From Antedon mediterranea (lineage: Eukaryota > Animalia > Echinodermata), in contig NC_092672.1 in assembly GCF_964355755.1 (NCBI RefSeq), forward strand, positions 38,074,437-38,138,436: a stretch of DNA of 64,000 nt. The letters run 5' to 3'. Below are positions 26,301 through 41,300 of this stretch, piece after piece. Positions within the stretch are counted from its first letter, which is position 1. Every line of letters starts with the position of its first letter. A program made the translations under genes and the position numbers. The notes beneath the pieces are model-generated. The model was not told the DNA's origin. It searched no databases and worked only from the letters and a program-made list of their open reading frames with translations.

Positions 26301-29300
26301 TTCAAATGTAAGTTTTGTTAGGTTATTCAAAGTAGCATTACTTGTCTGGTGCAGATATAAATATTAGCGTATATTAGGTTTTGTTTATTGCGATTTTGAG
26401 TTTCATTACATTTTATTTCAGGCAAGAAGTGCTTCGGATTTTGGAAACAGTTGGAAATTCGAATCACAAGAATGCGAAGATGTCGTCGACGTGGAGCCTT
26501 GTCAAGAAGGCACAGAAACACTAGAACAAGCCAGAGATTTGTGTTACACTTTGATATCAGAAGATAGCGCTCTTTCTTCGTGTCACGACTTTGTTGATCC
26601 TGCAGATTATTATGACGGCTGTGTTTATGACTTGTGTGCAACACTGCCTAATGACGATCTTCTATGTGATGATATATCAGAATATGCCCAAGCTTGTCGA
26701 CAACGTGGTGGAGAACCCGGTGATTGGAGAACAGCAACATCAACATGCCGTACGTAATGAACTAATCTATTAATTTAGCATTTGATGTACCTGTTAACAC
26801 CAAGATACGTTACCGGTATTATATTCTTTTTTTTACAGCAATTACGTGTGATGGCAATAAAGTATATAATCATTGTGCAACTTCTTGTCCTGCAACGTGT
26901 GCGTCAATGGAGGGAATGGTAGATTGCCCAAATACATGTGTTGAAGCCTGTGAATGTCCAAGTGGCACCGTACTTGATGGTAACACGTGTGTTCAGCCGT
27001 ATCAATGCGGTTGTATTTTGGATGGAGTTTATTATAAGGTACATATATTTGTTTAGACTATTATTAAAGAAAGGGGGAAAGATCACTAAACACATTTCAA
27101 ACAATTATTAGATACTTAAACTAGATTAGTTACGTATCTGTCTATTTCCACAGTCTGGTCAACAATGGATCGACAGTACTTGTAAACAGACTTGCACCTG
27201 TAATGGAGGTGTGGTAACTTGCAACGAATACAGCTGTGATTCAAATGCCGAATGTTCTGTAAGAAATGGTGTTCGTGGATGTTACTGTCAAGCTGGTTTT
27301 GAAGGAGATGGCCAGACGTGCACCAGAGGTAACAATATTTAAACATGAATACTACAATCGAAATTCTAGAGATTCTACAAAAACACCAACTTACTATTTT
27401 GTTTAAAATTCTAGGTCCTGGTTATTGTACCGTTTGGGGAGATCCTCATTACATCACATTCGACAAGGCCAGGTATGACTTCCAAGGTGAATGTGAATAC
27501 ACAGTGGTAGACAAATGTGACAATAGAACAGATATTGAGGATTTCACAATTAGTGGAATAAATAGGAAAAACCAACCGTCAGCAGGAGTGTCTTTGATGC
27601 GAGAAGTTACATTACATTACAAACAACACAAATACAATCTTGGACAAGATGGTCAGATTGCCTATGATGGAGTTACAATAACACCTCCACTCTTAACATC
27701 AGACGGTGTTTACATCACCATCAGTGGACAGTACACTGTAAGTATATAAAGTAAACTGTAATAACAATTTCTTAAAACATTTGCAGTATTCAAATACGCA
27801 ATGATTTATTCAACGTTTTTCTTTAAATATGTAGATATTGTTGACAAACTTTTCGTTGGTTCTACGATGGGATAATAAACATACTCTAGAAACAGAACTG
27901 CCTTTTGAATACATGAACTCGGTGTGTGGCTTATGCGGTGACTTTAATGGCGAAGCCTCCAATGATATTTCTTTGAAATCAGATGGTTCAAATGTAAGTT
28001 TTGCTAGGTTATTCAAAGTAGCATTACTTGTCTGGTGCAGATATAAATATTAGGGTATATTAGGTTTTATTTATTGCGATTTTGAGATTCATTATATTTA
28101 TTTCAGGCAAGAAGTGCTTCGGATTTTGGAAACAGTTGGAAATTCGAATCACAAGAATGCGAAGATGTCGTCGACGTGAAGCCTTGTCAAGAAGGCACAG
28201 AAACACTAGAACAAGCCAGAGATTTGTGTTACACTTTGATATCAGAAGATAGCGCTCTTTCTTCGTGTCACGACTTTGCTGATCCTGCAGATTATTATGA
28301 CGGCTGTGTTTATGACTTGTGTGCAACACTGCCTAATGACGATCTTCTATGTGATGATATATCAGAATATGCCCAAGCTTGTCGACAACGTGGTGGAGAA
28401 CCCGGTGATTGGAGAACAGCAACATCAACATGCCGTACGTAATGAACTAATCTATTAATTTAGCATTTGATGTACCTGTTAACACCAAGATACGTTACCA
28501 ATATCATATTCTTTTTTTACAGCAATTACGTGTGATGGCAATAAAGTATATAATCATTGTGCAACTTCTTGTCCTGCAACGTGTGCGTCAATGGAGGGAA
28601 TGGTGGATTGCCCAAATACATGTGTTGAAGCCTGTGAATGTCCAAGTGGCACCGTGCTTGATGGTAACACGTGTGTTCAGCCGTCTCAATGCGGTTGTAC
28701 TGTGGATGGAGTTTATTATAAGGTACATATATTTGTTTAGACTATTATTAAAGAGAGAGGGAAAGATTACTAAACACATTTCAAAAATTGTTAGATACTT
28801 CAACTAGATTAGTTACGTATCTGTCTATTTCCACAGTCTGGTCAACAATGGATCGACAATACTTGTAAACAGACTTGCACCTGTAATGGAGGTGTGGTAA
28901 CTTGCAACGAATACAGCTGTGATTCAAATGCCGAATGTTCTGTAAGAAATGGTGTTCGTGGATGTTACTGTCAAGCTGGTTTTGAAGGAGATGGCCAGAC
29001 GTGCACCAGAGGTAAACAGATTTAAACATGAATACTACAATCGAAATTCTAGAGATTCTACAAAACCACCCATTTACTATTTTGTTTAAAATCAAAATTC
29101 CAGGTCCTGGTTATTGTACCGTTTGGGGAGATCCTCATTACATCACATTCGACAAGGCCAGGTATGACTTCCAAGGTGAATGTGAATACACAGTGGTAGA
29201 CAAATGTGACAATAGAACAGATATTGAGGATTTCACAATTAGTGGAATAAATAGGAAAAACCAACCGTCAGCAGGAGTGTCTTTGATGCGAGAAGTTACA

Positions 29301-32300
29301 TTACATTACAAACAACACAAATACAATCTTGGACAAGATGGTCAGATTGCCTATGATGGAGTTACAATAACACCTCCACTCTTAACATCAGACGGTGTTT
29401 ACATCACCATCAGTGGACAGTACACTGTAAGTATATAAAGTAAACTGTAATAAAAATTTCTTAAAACATTTGCAGTATTCAAATACGCAATGATTTATTC
29501 AACGTTTTTCTTTAAATATGTAGATATTGTTGACAAACTTTTCGTTGGTTCTACGATGGGATAATAAACATACTCTAGAAACAGAACTGCCTTTTGAATA
29601 CATGAACTCGGTGTGTGGCTTATGCGGTGACTTTAATGGCGAAGCCTCCAATGATATTTCTTTGAAATCAGATGGTTCAAATGTAAGTTTTGCTAGGTTA
29701 TTCAAAGTAGCATTACTTGTTTGGTGCAGATATAAATATTAGGGTATATTAGGTTTTATTTATTGCGATTTTGAGTTTCATTATATTTATTTCAGGCAAG
29801 AAGTGCTTCGGGTTTTGGAAACAGTTGGAAATTCGAATCACAAGAATGCGAAGATGTCGTCGACGTGGAGCCTTGTCAAGAAGGAACAGAAACACTAGAA
29901 CAAGCCAGAGATTTGTGTTACACTTTGATATCAGAAGATAGTGCTCTTTCTTCGTGTCACGACTTTGCTGATCCTGCAGATTATTATGACGGCTGTGTTT
30001 ATGACTTGTGTGCAACACTGCCTAATGACGATCTTCTATGTGATGATATATCAGAATATGCCCAAGCTTGTCGACATCGTGGTGGAGAACCCGGTGATTG
30101 GAGAACAGCAACATCAACATGCCGTACGTAATGAACTAATCTATTTATTTAGCATTTGATGTACCTGTTAACACCAAGATACGTTACCGGTATTATATTC
30201 TTTTTTTACAGCAATTACGTGTGATGGCAATAAAGTATATAATCATTGTGCAACTTCTTGTCCTGCAACGTGTGCGTCAATGGAGGGAATGGTGGATTGC
30301 CCAAATACATGTGTTGAAGCCTGTGAATGTCCAAGTGGCACCGTGCTTGATGGTAACACGTGTGTTCAGCCGTCTCAATGCGGTTGTACTTTGGATGGAG
30401 TTTATTATAAGGTACATATATTTGTTTAGACTATTATTAAAGAGAGGGGGAAAGATCACTAAACACATTTCAAACAATTATTAGATACTTAAACTAGATT
30501 AGTTACGTATCTGTCTATTTCCACAGTCTGGTCAACAATGGATCGACAGTACTTGTAAACAGACTTGCACCTGTAATGGAGGTGTGGTAACTTGCAACGA
30601 CTACAGCTGTGATTCAAATGCCGAATGTTCTGTAAGAAATGGTGTTCGTGGATGTTACTGTCAAGCTGGGTTTGAAGGAGATGGCCAGACGTGCACCAGA
30701 GGTAACAATATTTAAACATGAATACTACAATCGAAATTCTAGAGATTCTACAAAAACACCAACTTACTATTTTGTTTAAAATTCTAGGTCCTGGTTATTG
30801 TACCGTTTGGGGAGATCCTCATTACATCACATTCGACAAGGCCAGGTATGACTTCCAAGGTGAATGTGAATACACAGTGGTAGACAAATGTGACAATAGA
30901 ACAGATATTGAGGATTTCACAATTAGTGGAATAAATAGGAAAAACCAACCGTCAGCAGGAGTGTCTTTGATGCGAGAAGTTACATTACATTACAAACAAC
31001 ACAAATACAATCTTGGACAAGATGGTCAGATTGCCTATGATGGAGTTACAATAACACCTCCACTCTTAACATCAGACGGTGTTTACATCACCATCAGTGG
31101 ACAGTACACTGTAAGTATATAAAGTAAACTGTAATAACAATTTCTTAAAACATTTGCAGTATTCAAATACGCAATGATTTATTCAACGTTTTTCTTTAAA
31201 TATGTAGATATTGTTGACAAACTTTTCGTTGGTTCTACGATGGGATAATAAACATACTCTAGAAACAGAACTGCCTTTTGAATACATGAACTCGGTGTGT
31301 GGCTTATGCGGTGACTTTAATGGCGAAGCCAACAATGATATTTCTTTGAAATCAGATGGTTCAAATGTAAGTTTTGTTAGGTTATTCAAAGTAGCATTAC
31401 TTGTTTGGTGCAGATATAAATATTAGGGTATATTAGGTTTTATTTATTGTGATTTTGAGTTTCATTATATTTATTTCAGGCAAGAAGTGCTTCGGATTTT
31501 GGAAACAGTTGGAAATTCGAATCACAAGAATGCGAAGATGTCGTCGACGTAGAGCCTTGTCAAGAAGGCACAGAAACACTAGAACAAGCCAGAGATTTGT
31601 GTTACACTTTGATATCAGAAGATAGCGCTCTTTCTTCGTGTCACGACTTTGCTGATCCTGCAGATTATTATGACGGCTGTGTTTATGACTTGTGTGCAAC
31701 ACTGCCTAATGACGATCTTCTATGTGATGATATATCAGAATATGCCCAAGCTTGTCGACAACGTGGTGGAGAACCCGGTGATTGGAGAACAGCAACATCA
31801 ACATGCCGTACGTAATGAACTAATCTATTAATTTAGCATTTGATGTACCTGTTAACACCAAGATACGTTACCAATATCATATTCTTTTTTTACAGCAATT
31901 ACGTGTGATGGCAATAAAGTATATAATCATTGTGCAACTTCTTGTCCTGCAACGTGTGCGTCAATGGAGGGAATGGTGGATTGCCCAAATACATGTGTTG
32001 AAGCCTGTGAATGTCCAAGTGGCACCGTACTTGATGGTAACACGTGTGTTCAGCCGTCTCAATGCGGTTGTACTGTGGATGGAGTTTATTATAAGGTAGA
32101 GATATTTGTTTAGACTATTATTAAAGAGAGGGGGAAATATTACTAAACACATTTCAAAAATTGTTAGATACTTCAACTAGATTAGTTACGTATCTGTCTA
32201 TTTCCACAGTCTGGTCAACAATGGATCGACAGTACTTGTAAACAGACTTGCACCTGTAATGGAGGTGTGGTAACTTGCAACGAATACAGCTGTGATTCAA

Positions 32301-35300
32301 ATGCTGAATGTTCTGTAAGAAATGGTGTTCGTGGATGTTACTGTCAAGCTGGGTTTGAAGGAGATGGCCAGACGTGCATCAGAGGTAAACAGATTTAAAC
32401 ATGGATACTACAATCGAAATTCTAGAGATTCTACAAAAACACCAACTTACTATTTTGTTTAAAATTCTAGGTCCTGGTTATTGTACCGTTTGGGGAGATC
32501 CTCATTACATCACATTCGACAAGGCCAGGTATGACTTCCAAGGTGAATGTGAATACACAGTGGTAGACAAATGTGACAATAGAACAGATATTGAGGATTT
32601 CACAATTAGTGGAATAAATAGGAAAAACCAACCGTCAGCAGGAGTGTCTTTGATGCGAGAAGTTACATTACATTACAAACAACACAAATACAATCTTGGA
32701 CAAGATGGTCAGATTGCCTATGATGGAGTTACAATAACACCTCCACTCTTAACATCAGACGGTGTTTACATCACCATCAGTGGACAGTACACTGTAAGTA
32801 TATAAAGTAAACTGTAATAACAATTCTTAAAACATTTGCAGTATTCAAATACGGAATGATTTATTCAACGTTTTTCTTTAAATATGTAGATATTGTTGAC
32901 AAACTTTTCGTTGGTTCTACGATGGGATAATAAACATACTCTAGAAACAGAACTGCCTTTTGACTACATGAACTCGGTGTGTGGCTTATGCGGTGACTTT
33001 AATGGCGAAGCCAACAATGATATTTCTTTGAAATCAGATGGTTCAAATGTAAGTTTTGTTAGGTTATTCAAAGTAGCATTACTTGTCTGGTGCAGATATA
33101 AATATTAGGGTATATTAGGTTTTGTTTATTGCGATTTTGAGTTTCATTATATTTATATTTATATTATATTTATTTCAGGCAAGAAGTGCTTCGGATTTTG
33201 GAAACAGTTGGAAATTCGAATCACAAGAATGCGAAGATGTCGTCGACGTGGAACCTTGTCTAGAAGCCACAAAAACACTGGAAGACGCCAGAGATTTGTG
33301 TTACACTTTGATATCAGAAGATGGCGTTCTTTCTTCATGTCACGACTTTGTTGATCCTGCAGATTATTATGACGGCTGTGTTTATGACTTGTGTGCCACA
33401 CTGCCTAATGACGATCTTCTATGTGATGATATATCAGAATATGCCCAAGCTTGTCGACAACGTGGTGGAGAACCCGGTGATTGGAGAACAGCAACATCAA
33501 CATGCCGTACGTAATGAACTAATCTATTAATTTAGCATTTGATGTACCTGTTAACACCAAGATACGTTACCGGTATTATATTATTTTTTTACAGCAATTA
33601 CGTGTGATGGCAATAAAGTATATAATTATTGTGCAACTTCTTGTCCTGCAACGTGTGCGTCAATGGAGGGAATGGTGGATTGCCCAAATACATGTGTTGA
33701 AGCCTGTGAATGTCCAAGTGGCACCGTGCTTGATGGTAACACGTGTGTTCAGCCGTCTCAATGCGGTTGTACTTTGGATGGAGTTTATTATAAGGTACAT
33801 ATATTTGTTTAGACTATTATTAAAGAGAGGGGGAAAGATCACTAAACACATTTCAAACAATTATTAGATACTTAAACTAGATTAGTTACGTATCTGTCTA
33901 TTTCCACAGTCTGGTCAACAATGGATCGACAATACTTGTAAACAGACTTGCACCTGTAATGGAGGTGTGGTAACTTGCAACGAATACAGCTGTGATTCAA
34001 ATGCCGAATGTTCTGTAAGAAATGGTGTTCGTGGATGTTACTGTCAAGCTGGTTTTGAAGGAGATGGCCAGACGTGCACCAGAGGTAAACAGATTTAAAC
34101 ATGAATACTACAATCGAAATTCTAGAGATTCTACAAAACCACCCATTTACTATTTTGTTTAAAATCAAAATTCCAGGTCCTGGTTATTGTACCGTTTGGG
34201 GAGATCCTCATTACATCACATTCGACAAGGCCAGGTATGACTTCCAAGGTGAATGTGAATACACAGTGGTAGACAAATGTGACAATAGAACAGATATTGA
34301 GGATTTCACAATTAGTGGAATAAATAGGAAAAACCAACCGTCAGCAGGCGTGTCTTTGATGCGAGAAGTTACATTACATTACAAACAACACAAATACAAT
34401 CTTGGACAAGATGGTCAGATTGCCTATGATGGAGTTACAATAACACCTCCACTCTTAACATCAGACGGTGTTTACATCACCATCAGTGGACAGTACACTG
34501 TAAGTATATAAAGTAAAATGTAATAACAATTTCTTAAAACATTTGACGTATTCAAATACGCAATTATTTTTAATCGTTTTTCCTTAAATTTATGTGTAGA
34601 TATTGTTGACAAACTTTTCGTTGGTTCTACGATGGGATAACAAACATACTCTAGAAACAGAACTGCCTTTTGACTACATGAACTCGGTGTGTGGCTTATG
34701 CGGTGACTTTAATGGCGAAGCCAACAATGATATTTCTTTGAAATCAGATGGTTCAAATGTAAGTTTTGTTAGGTTATCCTAAAGTAGCATTACTTGTTTT
34801 GTGCAGATATAAATATTAGCGTATATTAGGTTTTGTTTATTGCGATTTTGAGTTTCATTACATTTTATTTCAGGCAAGAAGTGCTTCGGATTTTGGAAAC
34901 AGTTGGAAATTCGAATCACAAGAATGCGAAGATGTCGTCGACGTGGAGCCTTGTCTAGAAGGCACAAAAACACTGGAAGACGCCAGAGATTTGTGTTACA
35001 CTTTGATATCAGAAGATGGTGCTCTTTCTTCATGTCACGATTTTGTTGATCCTGCAGATTATTATGACGGCTGTGTTTATGACTTGTGTGCCACACTGCC
35101 TAATGACGATCTTCTATGTGATGATATATCAGAATATGCCCAAGCTTGTCGACAACGTGGTGGAGAACCCGGTGATTGGAGAACAGCAACATCAACATGC
35201 CGTACGTAATGAACTAATCTATTAATTTAGCATTTGATGTACCTGTTAACACCAAGATACGTTACCAATATCATATTCTTTTTTTACAGCAATTACGTGT

Positions 35301-38300
35301 GATGGCAATAAAGTATATAATCATTGTGCAACTTCTTGTCCTGCAACGTGTGCGTCAATGGAGGGAATGGTGGATTGCCCAAATACATGTGTTGAAGCCT
35401 GTGAATGTCCAAGTGGCACCGTACTTGATGGTAACACGTGTGTTCAGCCGTCTCAATGCGGTTGTACTGTGGATGGAGTTTATTATAAGGTAGAGATATT
35501 TGTTTAGACTATTATTAAAGAGAGGGGGAAATATTACTAAACACATTTCAAAAATTGTTAGATACTTCAACTAGATTAGTTACGTATCTGTCTATTTCCA
35601 CAGTCTGGTCAACAATGGATCGACAATACTTGTAAACAGACTTGCACCTGTAATGGAGGTGTGGTAAATTGCAACGAATACAGCTGTGATTCAAATGCTG
35701 AATGTTCTGTAAGAAATGGTGTTCGTGGATGTTACTGTCAAGCTGGTTTTGAAGGAGATGGCCAGACGTGCACCAGAGGTAACAATATTTAAACATGAAT
35801 ACTACAATCGAAATTCTAGAGATTCTACAAAAACACCAACTTACTATTTTGTTTAAAATTCTAGGTCCTGGTTATTGTACCGTTTGGGGAGATCCTCATT
35901 ACATCACATTCGACAAGGCCAGGTATGACTTCCAAGGTGAATGTGAATACACAGTGGTAGACAAATGTGACAATAGAACAGATATTGAGGATTTCACAAT
36001 TAGTGGAATAAATAGGAAAAACCAACCGTCAGCAGGAGTGTCTTTGATGCGAGAAGTTACATTACATTACAAACAACACAAATACAATCTTGGACAAGAT
36101 GGTCAGATTGCCTATGATGGAGTTACAATAACACCTCCACTCTTAACATCAGACGGTGTTTACATCACCATCAGTGGACAGTACACTGTAAGTATATAAA
36201 GTAAACTGTAATAACAATTCTTAAAACATTTGCAGTATTCAAATACGGAATGATTTATTCAACGTTTTTCTTTAAATATGTAGATATTGTTGACAAACTT
36301 TTCGTTGGTTCTACGATGGGATAATAAACATACTCTAGAAACAGAACTGCCTTTTGACTACATGAACTCGGTGTGTGGCTTATGCGGTGACTTTAATGGC
36401 GAAGCCAACAATGATATTTCTTTGAAATCAGATGGTTCAAATGTAAGTTTTGTTAGGTTATTCAAAGTAGCATTACTTGTCTGGTGCAGATATAAATATT
36501 AGGGTATATTAGGTTTTGTTTATTGCGATTTTGAGTTTCATTATATTTATATTTATATTATATTTATTTCAGGCAAGAAGTGCTTCGGATTTTGGAAACA
36601 GTTGGAAATTCGAATCACAAGAATGCGAAGATGTCGTCGACGTGGAGCCTTGTCAAGAAGGCACAGAAACACTAGAACGAGCCAGAGATTTGTGTTACAC
36701 TTTGATATCAGAAGATAGCGCTCTTTCTTCGTGTCACGACTTTGCTGATCCTGCAGATTATTATGACGGCTGTGTTTATGACTTGTGTGCAACACTGCCT
36801 AATGACGATCTTCTATGTGATGATATATCAGAATATGCCCAAGCTTGTCGACAACGTGGTGGAGAACCCGGTGATTGGAGAACAGCAACATCAACATGCC
36901 GTACGTAATGAACTAATCTATTAATTTAGCATTTGATGTACCTGTTAACACCAAGATACGTTACCGGTATTATATTCTTTTTTTACAGCAATTACGTGTG
37001 ATGGCAATAAAGTATATAATCATTGTGCAACTTCTTGTCCTGCAACGTGTGCGTCAATGGAGGGAATGGTGGATTGCCCAAATACATGTGTTGAAGCCTG
37101 TGAATGTCCAAGTGGCACCGTGCTTGATGGTAACACGTGTGTTCAGCCGTCTCAATGCGGTTGTACTTTGGATGGAGTTTATTATAAGGTACATATATTT
37201 GTTTAGACTATTATTAAAGAGAGGGGGAAAGATCACTAAACACATTTCAAACAATTATTAGATACTTAAACTAGATTAGTTACGTATCTGTCTATTTCCA
37301 CAGTCTGGTCAACAATGGATCGACAATACTTGTAAACAGACTTGCACCTGTAATGGAGGTGTGGTAACTTGCAACGAATACAGCTGTGATTCAAATGCCG
37401 AATGTTCTGTAAGAAATGGTGTTCGTGGATGTTACTGTCAAGCTGGGTTTGAAGGAGATGGCCAGACGTGCACCAGAGGTAAAAATATTTAAACATGAAT
37501 ACTACAATCGAAATTCTAGAGATTCTACAAAACCACCCATTTACTATTCTGTTTAAAATCAAAATTCCAGGTCCTGGTTATTGTACCGTTTGGGGAGATC
37601 CTCATTACATCACATTCGACAAGGCCAGGTATGACTTCCAAGGTGAATGTGAATACACAGTGGTAGACAAATGTGACAATAGAACAGATATTGAGGATTT
37701 CACAATTAGTGGAATAAATAGGAAAAACCAACCGTCAGCAGGAGTGTCTTTGATGCGAGAAGTTACATTACATTACAAACAACACAAATACAATCTTGGA
37801 CAAGATGGTCAGATTGCATATGATGGAGTTACAATAACACCTCCACTCTTAACATCAGACGGTGTTTACATCACCATCAGTGGACAGTACACTGTAAGTA
37901 TATAAAGTAAACTGTAATAACAATTTCTTAAAACATTTGTAGTATTCAAATACGCAATGATTTATTCAACGTTTTTCTTTAAATATGTAGATATTGTTGA
38001 CAAACTTTTCGTTGGTTCTACGATGGGATAATAAACATACTCTAGAAACAGAACTGCCTTTTGACTACATGAACTCGGTGTGTGGCTTATGCGGTGACTT
38101 TAATGGCGAAGCCAACAATGATATTTCTTTGAAATCAGATGGTTCAAATGTAAGTTTTGTTAGGTTATTCAAAGTAGCATTACTTGTCTGGTGCAGATAT
38201 AAATAATAGGGTATATTAGGTTTTATTTATTGCGATTTTGAGTTTCATTATATTTATTTCAGGCAAGAAGTGCTTCGGATTTTGGAAACAGTTGGAAATT

Positions 38301-41300
38301 CGAATCACAAGAATGCGAAGATGTCGTCGACGTGGAGCCTTGTCAAGAAGGCACAGAAACACTAGAACAAGCCAGAGATTTGTGTTACACTTTGATATCA
38401 GAAGATAGCGCTCTTTCTTCGTGTTACGACTTTGCTGATCCTGCAGATTATTATGACGGCTGTGTTTATGACTTGTGTGCAACACTGCCTAATGACGATC
38501 TTCTATGTGATGATATATCAGAATATGCCCAAGCTTGTCGACAACGTGGTGGAGAACCCGGTGATTGGAGAACAGCAACATCAACATGCCGTACGTAATG
38601 AACTAATCTATTAATTTAGCATTTGATGTACCTGTTAACACCAAGATACGTTACCGGTATTATATTCTTTTTTTACAGCAATTACGTGTGATGGCAATAA
38701 AGTATATAATCATTGTGCAACTTCTTGTCCTGCAACGTGTGCGTCAATGGAGGGAATGGTGGATTGCCCAAATACATGTGTTGAAGCCTGTGAATGTCCA
38801 AGTGGCACCGTGCTTGATGGTAACACGTGTGTTCAGCCGTCTCAATGCGGTTGTACTTTGGATGGAGTTTATTATAAGGTACATATATTTGTTTAGACTA
38901 TTATTAAAGAGAGGGGGAAAGATCACTAAACACATTTCAAACAATTATTAGATACTTAAACTAGATTAGTTACGTATCTGTCTATTTCCACAGTCTGGTC
39001 AACAATGGATCGACAATACTTGTAAACAGACTTGCACCTGTAATGGAGGTGTGGTAACTTGCAACGAATACAGCTGTGATTCAAATGCCGAATGTTCTGT
39101 AAGAAATGGTGTTCGTGGATGTTACTGTCAAGCTGGGTTTGAAGGAGATGGCCAGACGTGCACCAGAGGTAAAAATATTTAAACATGAATACTACAATCG
39201 AAATTCTAGAGATTCTACAAAACCACCCATTTACTATTCTGTTTAAAATAAAAATTCCAGGTCCTGGCTATTGTACCGTTTGGGGAGATCCTCATTACAT
39301 CACATTCGACAAGGCCAGGTATGACTTCCAAGGTGAATGTGAATACACAGTGGTAGACAAATGTGACAATAGAACAGATATTGAGGATTTCACAATTAGT
39401 GGAATAAATAGGAAAAACCAACCGTCAGCAGGAGTGTCTTTGATGCGAGAAGTTACATTACATTACAAACAACACAAATACAATCTTGGACAAGATGGTC
39501 AGATTGCATATGATGGAGTTACAATAACACCTCCACTCTTAACATCAGACGGTGTTTACATCACCATCAGTGGACAGTACACTGTAAGTATATAAAGTAA
39601 ACTGTAATAACAATTTCTTAAAACATTTGTAGTATTCAAATACTCAATGATTTATTCAACGTTTTTCTTTAAATATGTAGATATTGTTGACAAACTTTTC
39701 GTTGGTTCTACGATGGGATAATAAACATACTCTAGAAACAGAACTGCCTTTTGACTACATGAACTCGGTGTGTGGCTTATGCGGTGACTTTAATGGCGAA
39801 GCCAACAATGATATTTCTTTGAAATCAGATGGTTCAAATGTAAGTTTTTTGTTATTCAAAGTAGCATTACTTGTTTTGTGCAGATATAAATATTAGCGTA
39901 TATTAGGTTTTGTTTATTGCGATTCTATATCAATGGTCAGTTGTATGGCTAACTTTAATTGTATACATTATCCTGAGAAGTAATGATCACGGCCTATGAA
40001 AAGGGGAAGCAACCAACTTTCAGAAATGGTACCTCTATGAATGTTAATGGTTTGTTGTATGGCAACCAACTTTAATTGCACATATTTTGTAACTGCTTTC
40101 TTTTAATTTCCTAAATGTTTAATTGGCGGAGCATGCTACTATTTAAATTTTTTTTCTAAACATGTCAGAAAGAAAATACTTTATTATATATCTTATTTTA
40201 TTTATTATTATTTTTTATCTATTTATTATTTACTCCAAAAAAATGCTAACACAAAGTATTATAAATATCTTAAATATTAATATTACTAATTTTTATGCAT
40301 ATATATTATGATTGATTTTAACATTACTAATTCATACCTTGATTATGACGCATTTGATGATCAAGGGTTTTTTCCTTTAAATTGTGAATACTTCACTGAA
40401 CACAAATTTCATGAACATTTTGCATCGGATACAAACCAAATTTCATTACTACACTTCAATATCCGTAGTATGAATACAAATTTTGACCACCTCTATAATT
40501 CTTTTTTATCACATATTGATTCTGCTCCTACAATTGTTGGTCTCACAGAGACTTGGCTATCTGATTCTTCACATAATCTTTACTCACTCCCTGGCTATAA
40601 TCTGTTAACAAACAGTAGACCTGGCGATCAACGTGGAGGTGGTGTAGCAATATACTTGCCTTCTACCTTCGATTGCCAAGAACTATCTGAATTACAATTT
40701 ATGAATGACATATTGGAATCTATTTTTGTAGAAATCAGATGTCCTAATAAAAAAAATATTGTCGTTGGAGTCGTGTACAGACCACCACAAAGTAACATAT
40801 CATTATTTAACACTGAAATTGAAAACATTCTCTCACATCAAGCATTAACAAATAAAAATGTGTTTATTATGGGCGATTTTAATTTAAATTTACTACATCA
40901 CGATGAAAATGCACGCATTAGTGAATTTCTAGATACATTAATTTCATTTTCACTTATTCCACTTATTACCAAACCCACACGTGTAACTGATACTTCATCT
41001 ACGTTACTTGACAATATTTTTAGCAATATCCACCCTTTCCCGGTCTCGGGAATTATTGTATCCGATATATCGAATCATTTTCCGATATTTGCAAAAACCT
41101 CGCTAACGGTTAATCAACATTGTAACTGTCATTGTAATAAGACAATCTACTCTTTTAATCCCCAATCGTTGGCTCACTTCAAAGAACGTTTGGCAAACTC
41201 TGATTGGCAATTAGTTCTAGATGAAAATGATGCTAACAAGTCTTTTGATGTATTTATGGAAAGACTTAAATTTCTTCAAAATGAATGTTTTAGTCAAAGG